The notes beneath the pieces are model-generated. The model was not told the origin of the DNA, searched no databases, and saw only the letters and a list, made by a program, of their open reading frames with translations. Source: Octopus sinensis (Eukaryota). From it: a DNA stretch of 64,000 nucleotides. The stretch spans positions 80,662,001 through 80,726,000 of the forward strand of contig NC_043004.1 in the NCBI RefSeq assembly GCF_006345805.1. The letters are read 5' to 3'. The translations under genes and the position numbers were made by a program. This document shows, in pieces, positions 1 to 12,225 of the stretch (within the stretch, counting starts at the first letter, position 1; each line of letters begins with the position of its first letter).

Positions 1-566
1 CCCCCTTCTGTATTCTTCATATATTTGTTTATATTTATGTTTACTTTTTTTTTTGTTCGTTTTTTGTTTTTTTAGTCAGTTGAAGGCTTTGTTGGACTGT
101 TGGGTGGAGTGGCGGGGGTGGTGAGGAGATATGGGGTACTCTGTGTGTGTGTTGTTTTGTTTGGCTGGTTTTGATAAACAATGACTGTTCAATTCCTTTG
201 TGTACATAAAACAAAGAATTAATCAGTTTTTGGATGTGATTCTTCATCTTGTATATAGAAATTATCATTTACTATCATTATTATTATAATTATTATTATT
301 ATTATTCCTATTATTATTCTCATTATTGTTACTGTCGTTATCATCATCATTATTTTGGTTGCAAGCTGGCAGAATCGTTAGCATGCCAGGCAAAAGTGCT
401 TTGCAGCATTTTGTCCATCTTACATTGTTGGTTCAAATTCCTCCTCCGCATTCGACTTTGTCTTTGTTCCTTTTCAGAGTCAATAAATTAAGGTACCAGT
501 GAATCACTGGGGTCGATGTGATTGCCTAGTAGTCTCCTCTCCCAAAGCTTCAGGCCTTCTGCCTAG

Positions 567-900
567 CTGGTGGCACATAAAAAGCTCCATTCGAGCATGG
601 TTGTTGCCAGTGCCACCTGATTGGCTCCCGTGTCGGTGGCACATAAAAAAAGCACCATTCAAGTATGGTTGATGCCAGCACCACGTAACTGGCTCCTGTG
701 CTGGTTGCACGTAAAATGCACCCACTACACTTTAGGAGTGGTTGGCGTTAGGAAGGGCATCAAGCTGTAGAAACTTAGTCAGATCTTACTGGAGCCTGGT
801 GCAGCCTCTCCTGGCTTGCCAGACCTCAGTCAAACCATCTAACCCATGCCAGCATGGAAAGCGGACATTATAAGGGGACTACGATGATGGTGATGGTGAT
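567..900 (+). mobile_element. RTE 3'-tail fragment
   Basis: ggagtggttggcgttaggaagggcatc...aacccatgccagcatggaaagcggac followed by (gat)n matches the 3' end of the LINE at 33040-33190. Confidence 0.85.
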
Positions 901-1444
901 ATTATTGGTTCGTTTGTTCATACATCTTTCTTATTTCTCAATAGGTTTTTTTTTTTTTTTTTTTGGTTTTCTTGTTTTAACATTTGCTCCTTTTTAACTG
1001 TTTTCACATTCGTTGGTTACGTTAATGAAATTTCGTAAAACTATTTTTGAAATAAAATAAAATAAAATAAAATAAAAAATATATATATGAAGAAGCAAAA
1101 ATATGAAAGCTACACCCCACCACCACCACCACTCACACACACAAAATCCCCAATAAAATAAAACAAAGCAAAGATTAATTATTTTATTTTCGTTTATCCA
1201 ATTCTGGAAAAGTCATTGTTTTCTGAGAGTAAAAAAGATTTTTGATTATTTGTTTCTATTTGCATTTAGGTTTTTTTTTTTATTCATTTATTTTTTTCGT
1301 TTTTATGTCCAATTCTTGCCACTGACCATTTTGTGTCTTTGAAGAAATGATAACTGTGTTAGAACTGCAATTTGTGTGTGCGTGTGTGTTTGTATATATA
1401 TATATATATATATATATATTGTATATGTCTGTATATTCATGTAT

Positions 1445-1935
1445 GTGTGGCTGTATAGTTAAGAAGTTTGCTTCCCAACCACATGTTTCCGGGTTCAGTC
1501 CCACTGCATGACACCTTAGGCAAGTGTCAGCCTGGGGTCATCTAAAGCCTTGTGAGTGGATTTGGTAGACAGAAACTGAAAGAAGCCAATCGTATATATA
1601 TAAAAGGGCAAGCAACAGGTTGCTTAGCCACATACCGAAAAATTAGAAATATATATATTTCTAACATATATATATATATATATTATATATATATATATAT
1701 ACATGTATGTATATGTCTGTGTGTACGTACATGTTAGTGTGTCTGCGTTTCTCCCCACCACCATTGCTTCACAACCAATGTTGGTGTGTTTGTGTCCCTG
1801 TAACTTAGCAGTTTGGCATAAGTAACCGATAGAATAAGTACCAGGCTTACAAAGAATAAGCCCTGGGGTAGATTTCTTTGACTTAAGGTGATGCTCCAGC
1901 ATGTCCGCAGTCAAATGACTGAAACAAATAAAAGG
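1445..1935 (+). mobile_element. SINE family A (tRNA-like head, gggcaagtgtcttctac domain, internal microsatellite, right arm)
   Basis: Matches more than ten other copies in the window; B-box-like ggttcagtccc. Confidence 0.88.
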
Positions 1936-1959
1936 ATATATATATGTATGTGATGCGTG

Positions 1960-2135
1960 TAGACTAGGACAACTGTGTAAAGAAGTGCTGATCCCTAACT
2001 GCGGAGGGAACCTGTGGAAGAGGTAGACCCAGGAAGACATGGGATGAGGTGGTGAAGTTTGACCTTCGAATGTTGGGCCATAAAGAGGCGATGAGAAGTG
2101 ACTAAGACCTTTGGCAATATGCTGTGCTTCAGAAA
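1960..2135 (+). mobile_element. Internal fragment of the same RTE family (ORF C-terminus), no 3' tail
   Basis: gcggagggaacctgtggaagaggtagacccaggaagacatgggatgaggtggtgaag closely matches 32423-32480 (EGTCGRGRPRKTWDEVVK). Confidence 0.85.
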
Positions 2136-2149
2136 TGGTAGTACGACAG

Positions 2150-2430
2150 GCAAAAGGCTTATCGGTATTTCGTCTGGCTTTACGTTTTGAGTTCAAATTC
2201 CGCCAAGGTCGACTTTGCCTTTCATCCTTTTTGATGCACTGGGGTCGATGTAATCGACTTAATACCTATGTCTGTCCTTGTTTGTCGCCTCTATGTTTAT
2301 CCCCTTGTGGGTAATAAAGAAATAGGTATTTCATCTGTCTTTATGTTCTGAGTTCAAATTCCGCTGAGGCTGACTTTGCTTATCATCCTTTCAGGATCGA
2401 TATTTTAAGTACCAGCTGGAGGTACTGGGC
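2150..2430 (+). mobile_element. SINE family B, dimeric form (partial)
   Basis: B box gagttcaaattcc occurs twice; junction aaagaaataggtatttc. Confidence 0.8.
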
Positions 2431-3302
2431 TGATTTGTGATCGTGAGATCCAGAAAGAATGACACGGGCCTTCTTTCACCTGAATTCTTTGTTCTTCACT
2501 TATGCTTGTTATTTAGTTTCCACATCAGTCCTGATTGAACAGACTTATCTTCAGTCATTCCAGGCATGACCATCCTGTCTTTTAACATATGTCTTGTACT
2601 ACACTCTTTAACGTTCATTTTTCTTTTTTTTTTTTTTTTAATTAGTAGGCTGTTATTAGTTGTGGACATATGACTATTATTTCTAGTAAACTGAGTGCCT
2701 GTGTCGAGGCTGGTTCTTTTGTTGACCCTTATTGGTGCAGATCCCTTTGATGAGAGTTTGCCGTGATTTGGGGCAGCTGAAACTTTCAGCTACTTTATTG
2801 TCTTACACTTTCTCTCTCTCCTTTTCTTCCCCCCTTCTCTCTCTCATTCATTCTCTCTTCTTTGTACTCTCTAACTCCAATATCAATTTATCACACACTA
2901 CACTAATTATCGCAATTTAATATAAACTGACAATCTTAATTTAACACGCACTCAACTTATAATCCGTTCATCAAAAACACGCACAATCACTTTGTCTCCA
3001 CCTACCCCCTCTTTCTCTTCTATGTATATTCTCTTTTGTTGTTGTTGTTGTTCTTCTTCTTCTTATTATTATTATTATTGTTGTTGTTGTTATTATTAAG
3101 GTGGTGAAAGAGCAGAATCGTTAGCTCATCAGTGAAAATCAATTGGCTATATTTCATCTAGATTTTTGTCTTGAGGTAAAAACACTGGCCAAGGTTCATT
3201 TTTGGTTTTCCTCTTTTTCGGGGGTCAGTGAAATGAATACCAGCCAAGCACCGATAAAATTCTTGCCCTTGTACCAAAAATTTGAATCATCATCATCATC
3301 AT

Positions 3303-3545
3303 TAAGGTGTTGAGCTTGCAGGATTGTTAGCATGCCGGATAAAATGTTGAGTGATGTTTGGCCTGTCACTATGTTCTGAGTTCAAATTCTGCTGAGGTCG
3401 ACTTTGCCTTTCATCCTTTCGGGATCGATAGAATAAGTACCAGTTGTGTACTGGGGTCAGTGTAATCAACTATCCCCCCTCCCCCCAAATTTCAGGCATT
3501 GTACCTATAGCAGAAAAGATTATGATTATTATTATTATTATTATT
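3303..3545 (+). mobile_element. SINE family B with B2 tail ending in (att)n; diverged neighbours at ~359-566 and ~3100-3290
   Basis: gagctt/tggcag..gttagc head, gagttcaaattc, ggtcgactttgcctttcatcctttc, ccaaatttcaggc tail. Confidence 0.82.
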
Positions 3546-3661
3546 ATTATTGAAAGGCAGCGAGGTAGAAGAATCATTGGCACGCTGAGTAAAATGCTTA
3601 GCAATATTTCATCTATCTTTACATTCTAAGTTCAAATTCCACTGAGGTCAACTTTGTCTTT

Positions 3662-3880
3662 CATCATCATCATCATCGTTTAATGTCTGCTTTCTATGCC
3701 GGTATGGTTTGACCGGTTTGACTGAGGGCTGGTAAGGTTCCTACAGCTGGATGCCCTTCCTAACTCCAACCACTCCAAGAGCATAGTGGGTGCTTTTTCC
3801 ATGCCACCAGCACGGGAGCCTATCAGGCAACACTGGCATCGACCACACTTAAATGGTGCTTTTTACGTGCCACCAGCCCT
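3662..3880 (-). mobile_element. RTE 3'-tail fragment inserted inside a family-B SINE
   Basis: (cat)n then cgtttaatgtctgc...gatgcccttcctaac. The SINE B head (3563-3662) and its continuation (3883-3965) flank it. Confidence 0.8.
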
Positions 3881-4673
3881 AATACCAGTTGAGCACTGGG
3901 GTCGATGTCATCAACTTACCCACTGCCCCAAAATTGCTGGCCTTGTGCCTGTACTAAATATTATTATTTATTGTCATCTCATTGATTTTAAGCACACTTG
4001 AAGTATGATGTCCTTATTTTGTTTTTGTTATTTTTGTTTGTCTTGATGTTGGCATGGCTGTGTGACTAAGACATTTGCTTCTCAGCCACATAGTTTTGGG
4101 TTCAATCCCACTGCACAGCACCTTGGACAAGTCAACCAAAGCCTTGTGTGTGCATGATTTGGTCAGCAGAAACTGAAAGAAGCCCACTGTGTGTGTGTGT
4201 GTGTATACAATGGGTTTCTTTTCAGTTTCCATCTATCAGACCCAATGACATGGCTTTGGACAGGCTGAAGATATAGCAGAAGACACTTGCCCAAGGTGCT
4301 ACACAGTGGGACTGAACCCAGAACCATGTGATTGCGAAGCAAGCTCCTCACCACACAGCTATAAATGTTTTTATATACATGTATGTGTATGTGTGTGTGT
4401 ATACGATGGGATTCTTTCAGTTTCTGTCTACCAAATCCACTCACAAGGCTTTGGTCAGCCTGAGGCTATTGTAGGAGACACGACTGAACCTGGGAGCAAG
4501 TAGTTGGAAAACTGACTTGTAACCAGACAACCAAGCATGCGCCATAAAAGCGAAATGAAATGGGAAATAATAAGAGATATCCAAGTTTTCTTCTTTGCGT
4601 GAAGTACCTGAAATACTCAAGGGTTTTCTGACAAGAACAACGCATATATACATGTGTGTTCTTATATTTGTTA

Positions 4674-5036
4674 CTAGCACTATGACCCAGCAACGCCTGG
4701 TCATAGTGCTAGTGCATGCATATACAACTGCATGCGTGCGCACATACACGCGAGTACTGTCCAAATCTCCGACCAATCAAATACAGCTAGCTGGCATTCA
4801 ATTAGCATGTCACGTTTTGGGCATTTTGATTGGGTTTTGGATAGAAAATTCACAAAAAAGTCACTTCTATTGATTTTTAATGGCTTTGCAGCGTGACTGG
4901 GGAAATGAAAAGATGTGCACGACCACCCTTGGATGGTTTTGAATGACCATATAAAGTGCAAGCCCTCTAACTGAAAAATTGTGGATTTGTATAAAGGACA
5001 CGCACACAGACATTTTGCTGTTTGTATATATAGAGA
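4674..5036 (-). mobile_element. Non-autonomous Helitron (363 bp)
   Basis: Minus strand A|TCTCTATATA...CTAG|T shows a 5' TC, 3' CTAG, an A-T insertion site, no TSD and a subterminal hairpin. Confidence 0.85.
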
Positions 5037-5603
5037 TTCATAAGGTTCTACATCTTGTGAACTCACCTAGATAACATTATGTCACACAATCCAGCTAGCT
5101 TCTAAATAGTATTCTCAAAATCGATAACAATACTAAATCTTAGATCTATATTTAAAGTTTTCCAGATAGTTCCATTTCTATTGGTTATCTTAATTACACC
5201 CAATTAATTAGCTAATAATATCCTTGTGTCATTTTCTCTTTTTTTTTTTTTAAATCAGTGAATATGAGGTTGAATATCTATTAGATCAATTTTGTTTTAA
5301 TAATTAAATAAAGAATGGAGATAAATAGCTATTAACTAAGTCTCCAGTTAATTGTGAAGTTTGCATTGCGCTTTATGCAAGAAATTTAACTTGAATAGAA
5401 TTCCCAAGGCAATCTTTTGTTGGAAAAGCTAAATAATATCTGAATCTTGTAAGATAGACATGCAGGGTGCAGGGTAGAAATGGGGTGGAATTGCATTTAC
5501 ATTTGTATGTGTAAACACATCTTTGTAAAAATGCCTGTGTTTGTGTCCAAACATATGTATGGATGCATATATATTGCATATACGAATGTGTGTGTGTATA
5601 TAT

Positions 5604-5638
<35 letters not shown>

Positions 5639-5672
5639 TAGAGAGAGAGAGAAAGATAGATATGTGTAAATA

Positions 5673-5703
<31 letters not shown>

Positions 5704-5767
5704 GCATATTTATGTATGTGTATATATGCATATACATATGTATATATATATATATGTATGTATATGT

Positions 5768-5871
5768 ATCAGATCTGACTGGGCCTGATGAAGCCTTCCA
5801 GCTTCACAGACCCCAGTTGAACCGTCCAACCCATGCTAGCATGGAGAACAGACGCTAAATGATGATGATGA
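5768..5871 (+). mobile_element. RTE 3'-tail fragment in a TA-rich microsatellite
   Basis: Near-identical to 33080-33180. Confidence 0.85.
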
Positions 5872-5875
5872 TATG

Positions 5876-5906
<31 letters not shown>

Positions 5907-5910
<4 letters not shown>

Positions 5911-6075
5911 CTTTATTGCCCACAAGGGGCTAAACATAGAGGGGACAAACACGGACAGACAAAGGTATCAAGTCGTTTACATCGACCCCAGTGCGTAACT
6001 GGTACTTAATTTATCGACCCCGAAAGGATGAAAGGCAAAGTCGACCTCGGCGGAATTTGAACTCAGAACGTAACG
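5907..6075 (-). mobile_element. SINE family B with B1 tail, 5'-truncated
   Basis: tttctttattgcccacaaggggctaaacatagagggg...ggaatttgaactcagaacg. Confidence 0.88.
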
Positions 6076-6358
6076 ATATATATATATATTATATGTATGT
6101 ATGTATGTTTGTGTATGCATATACATTTATATACAAGTAATCCTGTTCCTTTTTGGTTTCACCTAGAAACCAAATAACACCAGAGAGGTGACCGTAATAC
6201 CAAAACTACTATTGTCCTAAGACAGATAAGACAATCATACAAGCACTGTAACAGTCATAAGTCATATGACTTCCATATAAACTGTATCGCCATCATAATA
6301 GATATGATATTCATACAGGTGTTGTGACAGTCATAACAGGCATGTCACCTTTATATAA

Positions 6359-6578
6359 CCTTTTAGCATTCAGATTATCCTACTAATTTTAATCCTTATT
6401 TATTGACATAGTTTTGGATTAATCATGGATTATCTCATAGTTTTGAGATATCGACAATGCGATTGTTTATTTATAGAATGGCATTGTAGGGTAGGTGTGA
6501 GATGTTGGATCTGGTTGGTTTGAACATAACACCGGTCGCATATTCGGGCCAGATGAGACCAGTTTAAATGCTGAAGGG
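6359..6578 (-). mobile_element. piggyBac-type MITE, same family, diverged
   Basis: ccttttagcattcaga...atgctgaaggg; the interior is the reverse complement of 9179-9397. Confidence 0.8.
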
Positions 6579-7564
6579 ACAAACCCCTGAAATGGTTGTA
6601 ACAGAAGTCCCCTATTCACATAAACCATGTATCGTAAGAGATATACAATTTTCATTTAAATTCCGTGTTGCTGTTGTTGATGCAAGCAACTTTGTAGAAA
6701 TTATGAAATATTGATGTGTGGCATCCTACACTTATTATAGTCTCTGTTGTGTGTGTGTGTGTGTGTGTGTTGATGCAGCCCAGTGCAGTGTGATGCTTGG
6801 AATGGTTCCAATATGTTTGCGTTTCGTTTGGATGCTTGTCTGTTCCTCAAGGCTGCAAGTTATTCCCATCTTACCATATTCCTATATTATCTGTTTGAAT
6901 GATTCCTTTCAGAGGAGTTTAATCCTTCTGTCTGGCAACTCTGTGGGAAGCAGGAACAACGCCAAGCTGCTGGTGCTAAGATTTGTAATTCTAACATCAA
7001 AATAATCACATCTACACAGATGTCGTGAATACATTCTTGTAACTGCGTGTTTGCACTTCATAATGTCATGCTATTAAAAAAAAGGAACAAACAAACAGAA
7101 GAGGTGTCAACTCCGCAAGCTGCAGGTAGTGCAGACAACCTGTCTAGGAAAGTGGTAACTCTGGAAAGAAAAAAAAAAGAAAACAAGCAAAAATGAATAC
7201 ACAAAACGAAGTTCTTATGTCATCTCTTTAAGTTCAAGGTATGCTATGATGCATCCAGTCCTGTTCGTCAATTGGTTGCTGATAAGAACATCCTGTTGCA
7301 AAATTCATGCTCTCATCCATCCTTAACATGTACCATATGCAATTTTCCCTCTTAGTTGGAGAAAGATAACCAGCAAAAATGGTTTTGTTTAAATACCTGA
7401 ATTATGAAATACAAATTCAGTTGAGCTTTTTGGTTGGAGGAGGCGATGAACAGCAGAAAAATGCCCCTAATAAGGTCTAATCAAGGTACCCTTAAAAAGG
7501 AAATGAGGAACAGGCTGGTGAATATACTGACCTGAATTCACTGCCCAAATCCACAAAAGTGTTC

Positions 7565-7710
7565 GATATTGACCCCTGGGGGGTCGATGAGACTATCCAA
7601 GGAGTCGATGGGACTATTTATTTATTTTCTTGTACATGCCTGGGGTCGATGAGGGGGAGGTCAAGTATTCCATGAAAGGGTCGATGGACTAAAACGTTTG
7701 GGGCCTCCTG
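7565..7710. mobile_element. Possible terminal fragment of a hAT-like MITE
   Basis: Repeated ggggtcgatg motifs ending aaacgtttggggcctcctg, which resembles gtttgggaaccactg-type TIRs. Only one end is seen. Confidence 0.35.
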
Positions 7711-7969
7711 GTTTATCAGATCAACTGGAACCCACATCATCATAACTGACGGAGTGCCAGTAGCAAAATTGACAAAAAGCATACATTGAACAATAGCCAG
7801 AGAACATCACTGGAAAATACAAAAACTAAAAGAAGCAGCACATATGCTAGGACACAAAAACCTCTTAAGCAGACCGAGTGCAGATATGAGCAGCATAAGG
7901 GAACTGGTATTAAGGAAGGGTAGGAAAATATTAGATTTATAAGCCCTAAAATTCACTCCATAATTGCCC

Positions 7970-8009
7970 ACGGGCTACTAACCCCAAGATTCCTAGTTCA
8001 GTTCCAGGC

Positions 8010-8040
<31 letters not shown>

Positions 8041-8190
8041 AAAAACCTCGAAAAATACCTTAGGAATGAGACCCCAGGTTTGAAGTTGCCCCAAGACACC
8101 TGTTGAAGGCTGGAGGGTATATCAGCCAAAACATTGTGTTTACAACAAACAAGATGAGGACAAATATCTGTCAAAATGTAAATAATGTAG
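7970..8190 (+). mobile_element. Second, 5'-truncated copy of the tRNA-hammerhead SINE
   Basis: Colinear with 17300-17500, including the linker and hammerhead-like segment (8095-8140). Confidence 0.8.
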
Positions 8191-8273
8191 AGAAATTAGA
8201 GATGTCAGACAAATGCCTGATATGCAAATTAAGCTAACCATTATAGCCAAATTCTGTTTAGGTTTTGATTTAA

Positions 8274-8649
8274 CCATTTAGCATTTGTCAGATGCGGTGC
8301 TTATTTATCCACATTGTTTTGAATTATTCATGCAGTTATTTCACAGTTTCAAGATCTCGATGATGTGACTGTTTATTTTCAGAATGACATTGTAGGGTAG
8401 GTGTGAGAGGTCACATCTCTGGTGTTATTTGGTTTCTAGGTGAAACCAAAAAGGAACGGGATTACTTCCATATATATGTTTATGCATACACAAACATACA
8501 TACATATACATATATACACATACATGTACATACATACATATATATATACATATATACACATATACATACATACACATACATACATATATGGTTTGAATAA
8601 AACAAACAGAATATTTTGCCTGGATACGGCCTGTTTGAATGTTAAAAGT
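8274..8649 (-). mobile_element. piggyBac-type MITE interrupted by a ~60-bp repeat plus microsatellite (~8409-8590)
   Basis: ttaa|ccatttagcattt...cattgtagggtaggtgtgagagg, then the insert, then ...aatgttaaaagt|ttaa. Confidence 0.72.
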
Positions 8650-9178
8650 TTAATCATCAATTTGCTATGGCTACACTTGATGGTCAGAGAAATGGATGGG
8701 TTACTTGTCTTTCAGTGAGTGGGGGAAAAAGGCTGGCCACTGAATTTGGTTAAAAAGAGACGATGAGTGATGGCGAGAAGAATATTGAGCTTTATTTGGT
8801 AACCAGTTGATCTAGCGAGTGGGGCGTTGTATCAGGGAGGAGGGGCAAAGATACTGTCGAGAAGTAGGACTTGAAACAGCGCATATTCTCTCCTGATGGC
8901 CCCATGCACTTGCTGGCTTCTGTTATGCAGAGCTTTCGACTGGCAGCACTTGCATGTGCAAGCTGTTTGCAAAACATCAATGAACCATGAAGCATGTCAG
9001 AGCAACCTCTTTTTTTTTTTCATGTTGCAATTATTGCTTCAGTTACTCTTGTAATTGTTGGCCTATTGCCTGTTAAGCTTGTTTCCCCCAGGTTTTTGGA
9101 GGATTAGCGGATGATCAGATCAGTGTATATTCATCAGTTTGCCCCCCTTCCCCACCTTTTTTTTTTAGGGTCACTTAA

Positions 9179-9397
9179 CCCTTTAGTATTTAAACCGGCC
9201 ATATCCGGCCAAAATAGCTAATCTGTTTTATGTTCAAACTGACCAGATCCAGGCTCTCACACCAACCCCACAATGTTATTCTACATTAGGTAATTACACC
9301 ATCAAGATCTTGAAGATATGAGATGATGCATGATTAATTCAGATCAATGGGAATCAATAGGCATTATGTTTGATTGAATAATCTGAACGCTAAAGGG
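9179..9397 (+). mobile_element. piggyBac-type MITE, complete (219 bp)
   Basis: TTAA|ccctttag...ctaaaggg|TTAA: TTAA target duplication and CCC/GGG termini. Confidence 0.88.
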
Positions 9398-9819
9398 TTA
9401 ATGCTAATCCATCCCTTTCCAGACACCTTTATGCCTTTCATGGCCACTTCCATATCTGAAAGCTCGACTGTATATACACTTGATAAACTTCAACATTTAA
9501 ACAATACTACTTCACATTCCCTTTGTTTCTTTCTCTAATTGAGAAGCAAATTTCAACTAATTAAAAACCTAGTACATAAACCCCTTGAATTAATTATCCA
9601 AATTCGTGTTATTAATCTATTTAAATTATTTCCCTTAGCTCCTTATTTGTCATTTGTTTGTGCTGTTATATAACCCTAAGGCCTTCGTACTATATTAGCA
9701 AGTCTTTTTGTTGTAGTTGTTGTTGTTGCCCTCAACTTATTTCCTTGGGTTTCCTTGATTCTTTTTCAAAGAATAGAACAAAATATGAGAAAATATTAGC
9801 AATTATGTTGCTATTGTTG

Positions 9820-10570
9820 TTTTGGCCCCAGGTCTGCCCTGATTAAACACACAGAAGTGAATGAACAAAAGCCTCTTAGCAATGACCATTCCATCTGTTT
9901 ATTTGGAACATAATGTGTTTCTGATTACATTATCCAATGTCTGATATCTGAGAAAGAATTAGCTACTAATTCTTGTAGGTCAAACTACTACTTACATATG
10001 CATGCATGCACACAGAAGCCTGTAAACAAAAAGCTTCCAGCTATGGCCACCCCATCTGTTTATTCAGAACATAGCGTATCAAGGGTATGTTGTTCAATGC
10101 GTCCTTCCTTGTTTTCAAACCATTCTTGGGATTCTGAGAAAGAATTGTTTGTTAATTGTTGCAGGTTATGCTATTATGTAGACACACAAGGCAGCGAGCT
10201 GGCAGAATCGTTAGCACGCCAGGCGAAATGCGTCTGCCGTTATGTTCTGAGTTCAAATTACGCTGAGGTCAACTTTGCCTTTCACCCTTTCGGGGTCGAT
10301 AATTAAAGTACCAGTTACACACTGGGGTCGATGTAATCGATTTAACCCCTTTGTCTGTCTTTGTTTGCCCCCTCTATGTTTAGCCCCTTGTTGGCAATAA
10401 AGAAATATATATAGACGCACATACCCACACACTCAAAAACCTATAAACAAAAGACATCCAACCACGACCATCTTGCCCTTTTATTTATTGGGAACAAAAT
10501 GTGTCTTGGATTATATTATACAAGGAAAGATTCTGGGAATTGGCTGCTACTTTTACTAGGTCAAACAACT
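9820..10570 (+). repeat. Cluster of three old, diverged copies of an unclassified repeat
   Basis: gaccattccatctgtttatttggaacataatg (~9880), gccaccccatctgtttattcagaacatagcg (~10045), gaccatcttgcccttttatttattgggaacaaaatg (~10465). Confidence 0.5.
10190..10410 (+). mobile_element. SINE family B with B1 tail, full length
   Basis: ggcagcgagctggcagaatcgttagc...agccccttgttggcaataaagaaata. Confidence 0.9.
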
Positions 10571-11229
10571 TTGTAAATCCAGACTCAGTCACATGTGTTC
10601 TCCCTCATACATACCCTCAAGTGCTCCCTCATCTCTCACTCACACTCTTGCTCATTGGCTCATAACCAACCCTATTCTATGCTTTGCTTCCATCACTCCT
10701 TCCAAAAAATTATTCAGAAATTAATGGTAAGGAGGGGAAACGAGTCAGTAACAGCAAGCAAAATCTTTGCTATTCTCTCAACTACTTGATTCCAACATAT
10801 GTTATTCTCTAGGTTAACCAAGAAAGGAAACCTTTATTACTATTGATGTCAGCTAAGCACCTCCTTAACTGCCAAAATGTCTGCTAATATTTAGGTCATA
10901 TCAGTGTAACAAGTAAATATAGTTTTGGTATATGTTATTCTTCACAACAGCTGTTTGTTTTAAGTTTTATACCAGGGGAGAGAGATGGAGAGACGAAACC
11001 CTTCTCCCCTGCAACTTAACTTTTTCGTTATTTCTCTTTGTTGTCATTGATAATTGTATTTATTATTATCATCATCGTTATTATAATCATTGTCGTTATT
11101 AGTAGTAATAAAAGGCGGAGAGCTGACAGAGTTGTTAGCACGCGGGGCGAAATGCTTGCTTAGTGGCATTTCGCCTGTCGCTATGTTCTGAGGTGTGTAT
11201 ATGTATATATATATGTGTGTATGTATGTA

Positions 11230-11269
<40 letters not shown>

Positions 11270-11356
11270 GTTAATCGAAACAAGAAAGCACAAAAAAACA
11301 CAACACGAGGACGTGGAACAAATATAGTATTATGGACGCTCAGGAAAGAAGGAGGG

Positions 11357-11390
11357 TTTAACGTTTCGAGCGGAGCTCTTCATCAGAAAC
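11357..11390 (-). ncRNA. Minimal type-I hammerhead ribozyme, intact core
   Basis: Minus strand guuu-CUGAUGA-A-gagc(ucc)gcuc-GAAAC-GUU-aaac. Full core, 4-bp stems I and II, palindromic AACGUU stem III typical of Penelope-associated hammerheads. Lies in a ~160-bp element (11270-11428) flanked by (TA)n. Confidence 0.8.
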
Positions 11391-11439
11391 ATAGGAGAAG
11401 GGAAGACAGAGGAAAAAAAATAATTGCCATATATATATC

Positions 11440-11905
11440 ATCATCATCATCATCATCATTTAACGTCCGCTTTCCATGCTAGCATGGGTTGGACGGTTCA
11501 ACTGGGGTCTGGGGAGCCCAAAGGCTGCACCAGGCCAGTCAGATCTGGCAGTGTTTCTACAGCTGGATGCCCTTCCTAACGCCAACCACTCCGAGAGTGT
11601 AGTGGGTGATTTTATGTGCCACCGACACAAGTGCCAGACGAGGCTGGCGAACGGCCACGCTCGGATGGTGTTTTTATGTGCCACCGACACAGGTGCCAGA
11701 CGAGGCTGGCGAACGGCCACGCTCGGATGGTGTTTTTATGTGCCACCGACACAGGTGCCAGACGAGGCTGACGAACGGCCACGATCGGATGGTGTTTGTT
11801 ACGTGCCCACAGCACGGAGGCCAGTCGATGCGGTACTGGCTACGGCCACGTTCGGATGGTTTTCTTGTGTGCCACCGGCACTGGTACCACAAAGATACAA
11901 ATTCC
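11440..11905 (-). mobile_element. RTE 3'-tail fragment with three 62-bp tandem units
   Basis: (cat)n-tttaacgtccgctttccatgctagcatggg. Units start at 11614, 11676 and 11738. Confidence 0.9.
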
Positions 11906-12004
11906 ATTGATGTTCATCTATTTTGATTTGATATATATATATACACACACAAATATGTATATATGTATATCAATAGAAAAAGTGATGCTACTCTTATTGT
12001 TACC

Positions 12005-12225
12005 TATTTCTTTATTACCCACAAGGGGCTAAACATAGAGGGGACAAACATAGGTATTAAGTCGATTACATCGAACCCAGTGCGTAACTGGTACTTAATT
12101 TATCGACCCCGAAAGGATGAAAGGCAAAGTCGACCTCAGTGGAATTTGAACTCACAACGTTGCGCCAGACGAAATACCGCTAAGCATTTCGCCCGGCACG
12201 CTAACGTTTCTGCCAGCTCACCGCC
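12005..12225 (-). mobile_element. SINE family B with B1 tail, full length (another at ~47030-47235)
   Basis: Reverse complement of 10190-10410. Confidence 0.9.

Noticed and set aside
5783-5815. ctgatgaagcc..ggcttc in RTE tails (also ~33093) as a hammerhead
   Set aside because: No GAAA follows the stem; it is only a small hairpin.
8792-8995. 67-aa minus-strand ORF in relatively GC-rich unique-looking DNA
   Set aside because: No recognisable domain or splice context; could be an unidentified repeat.
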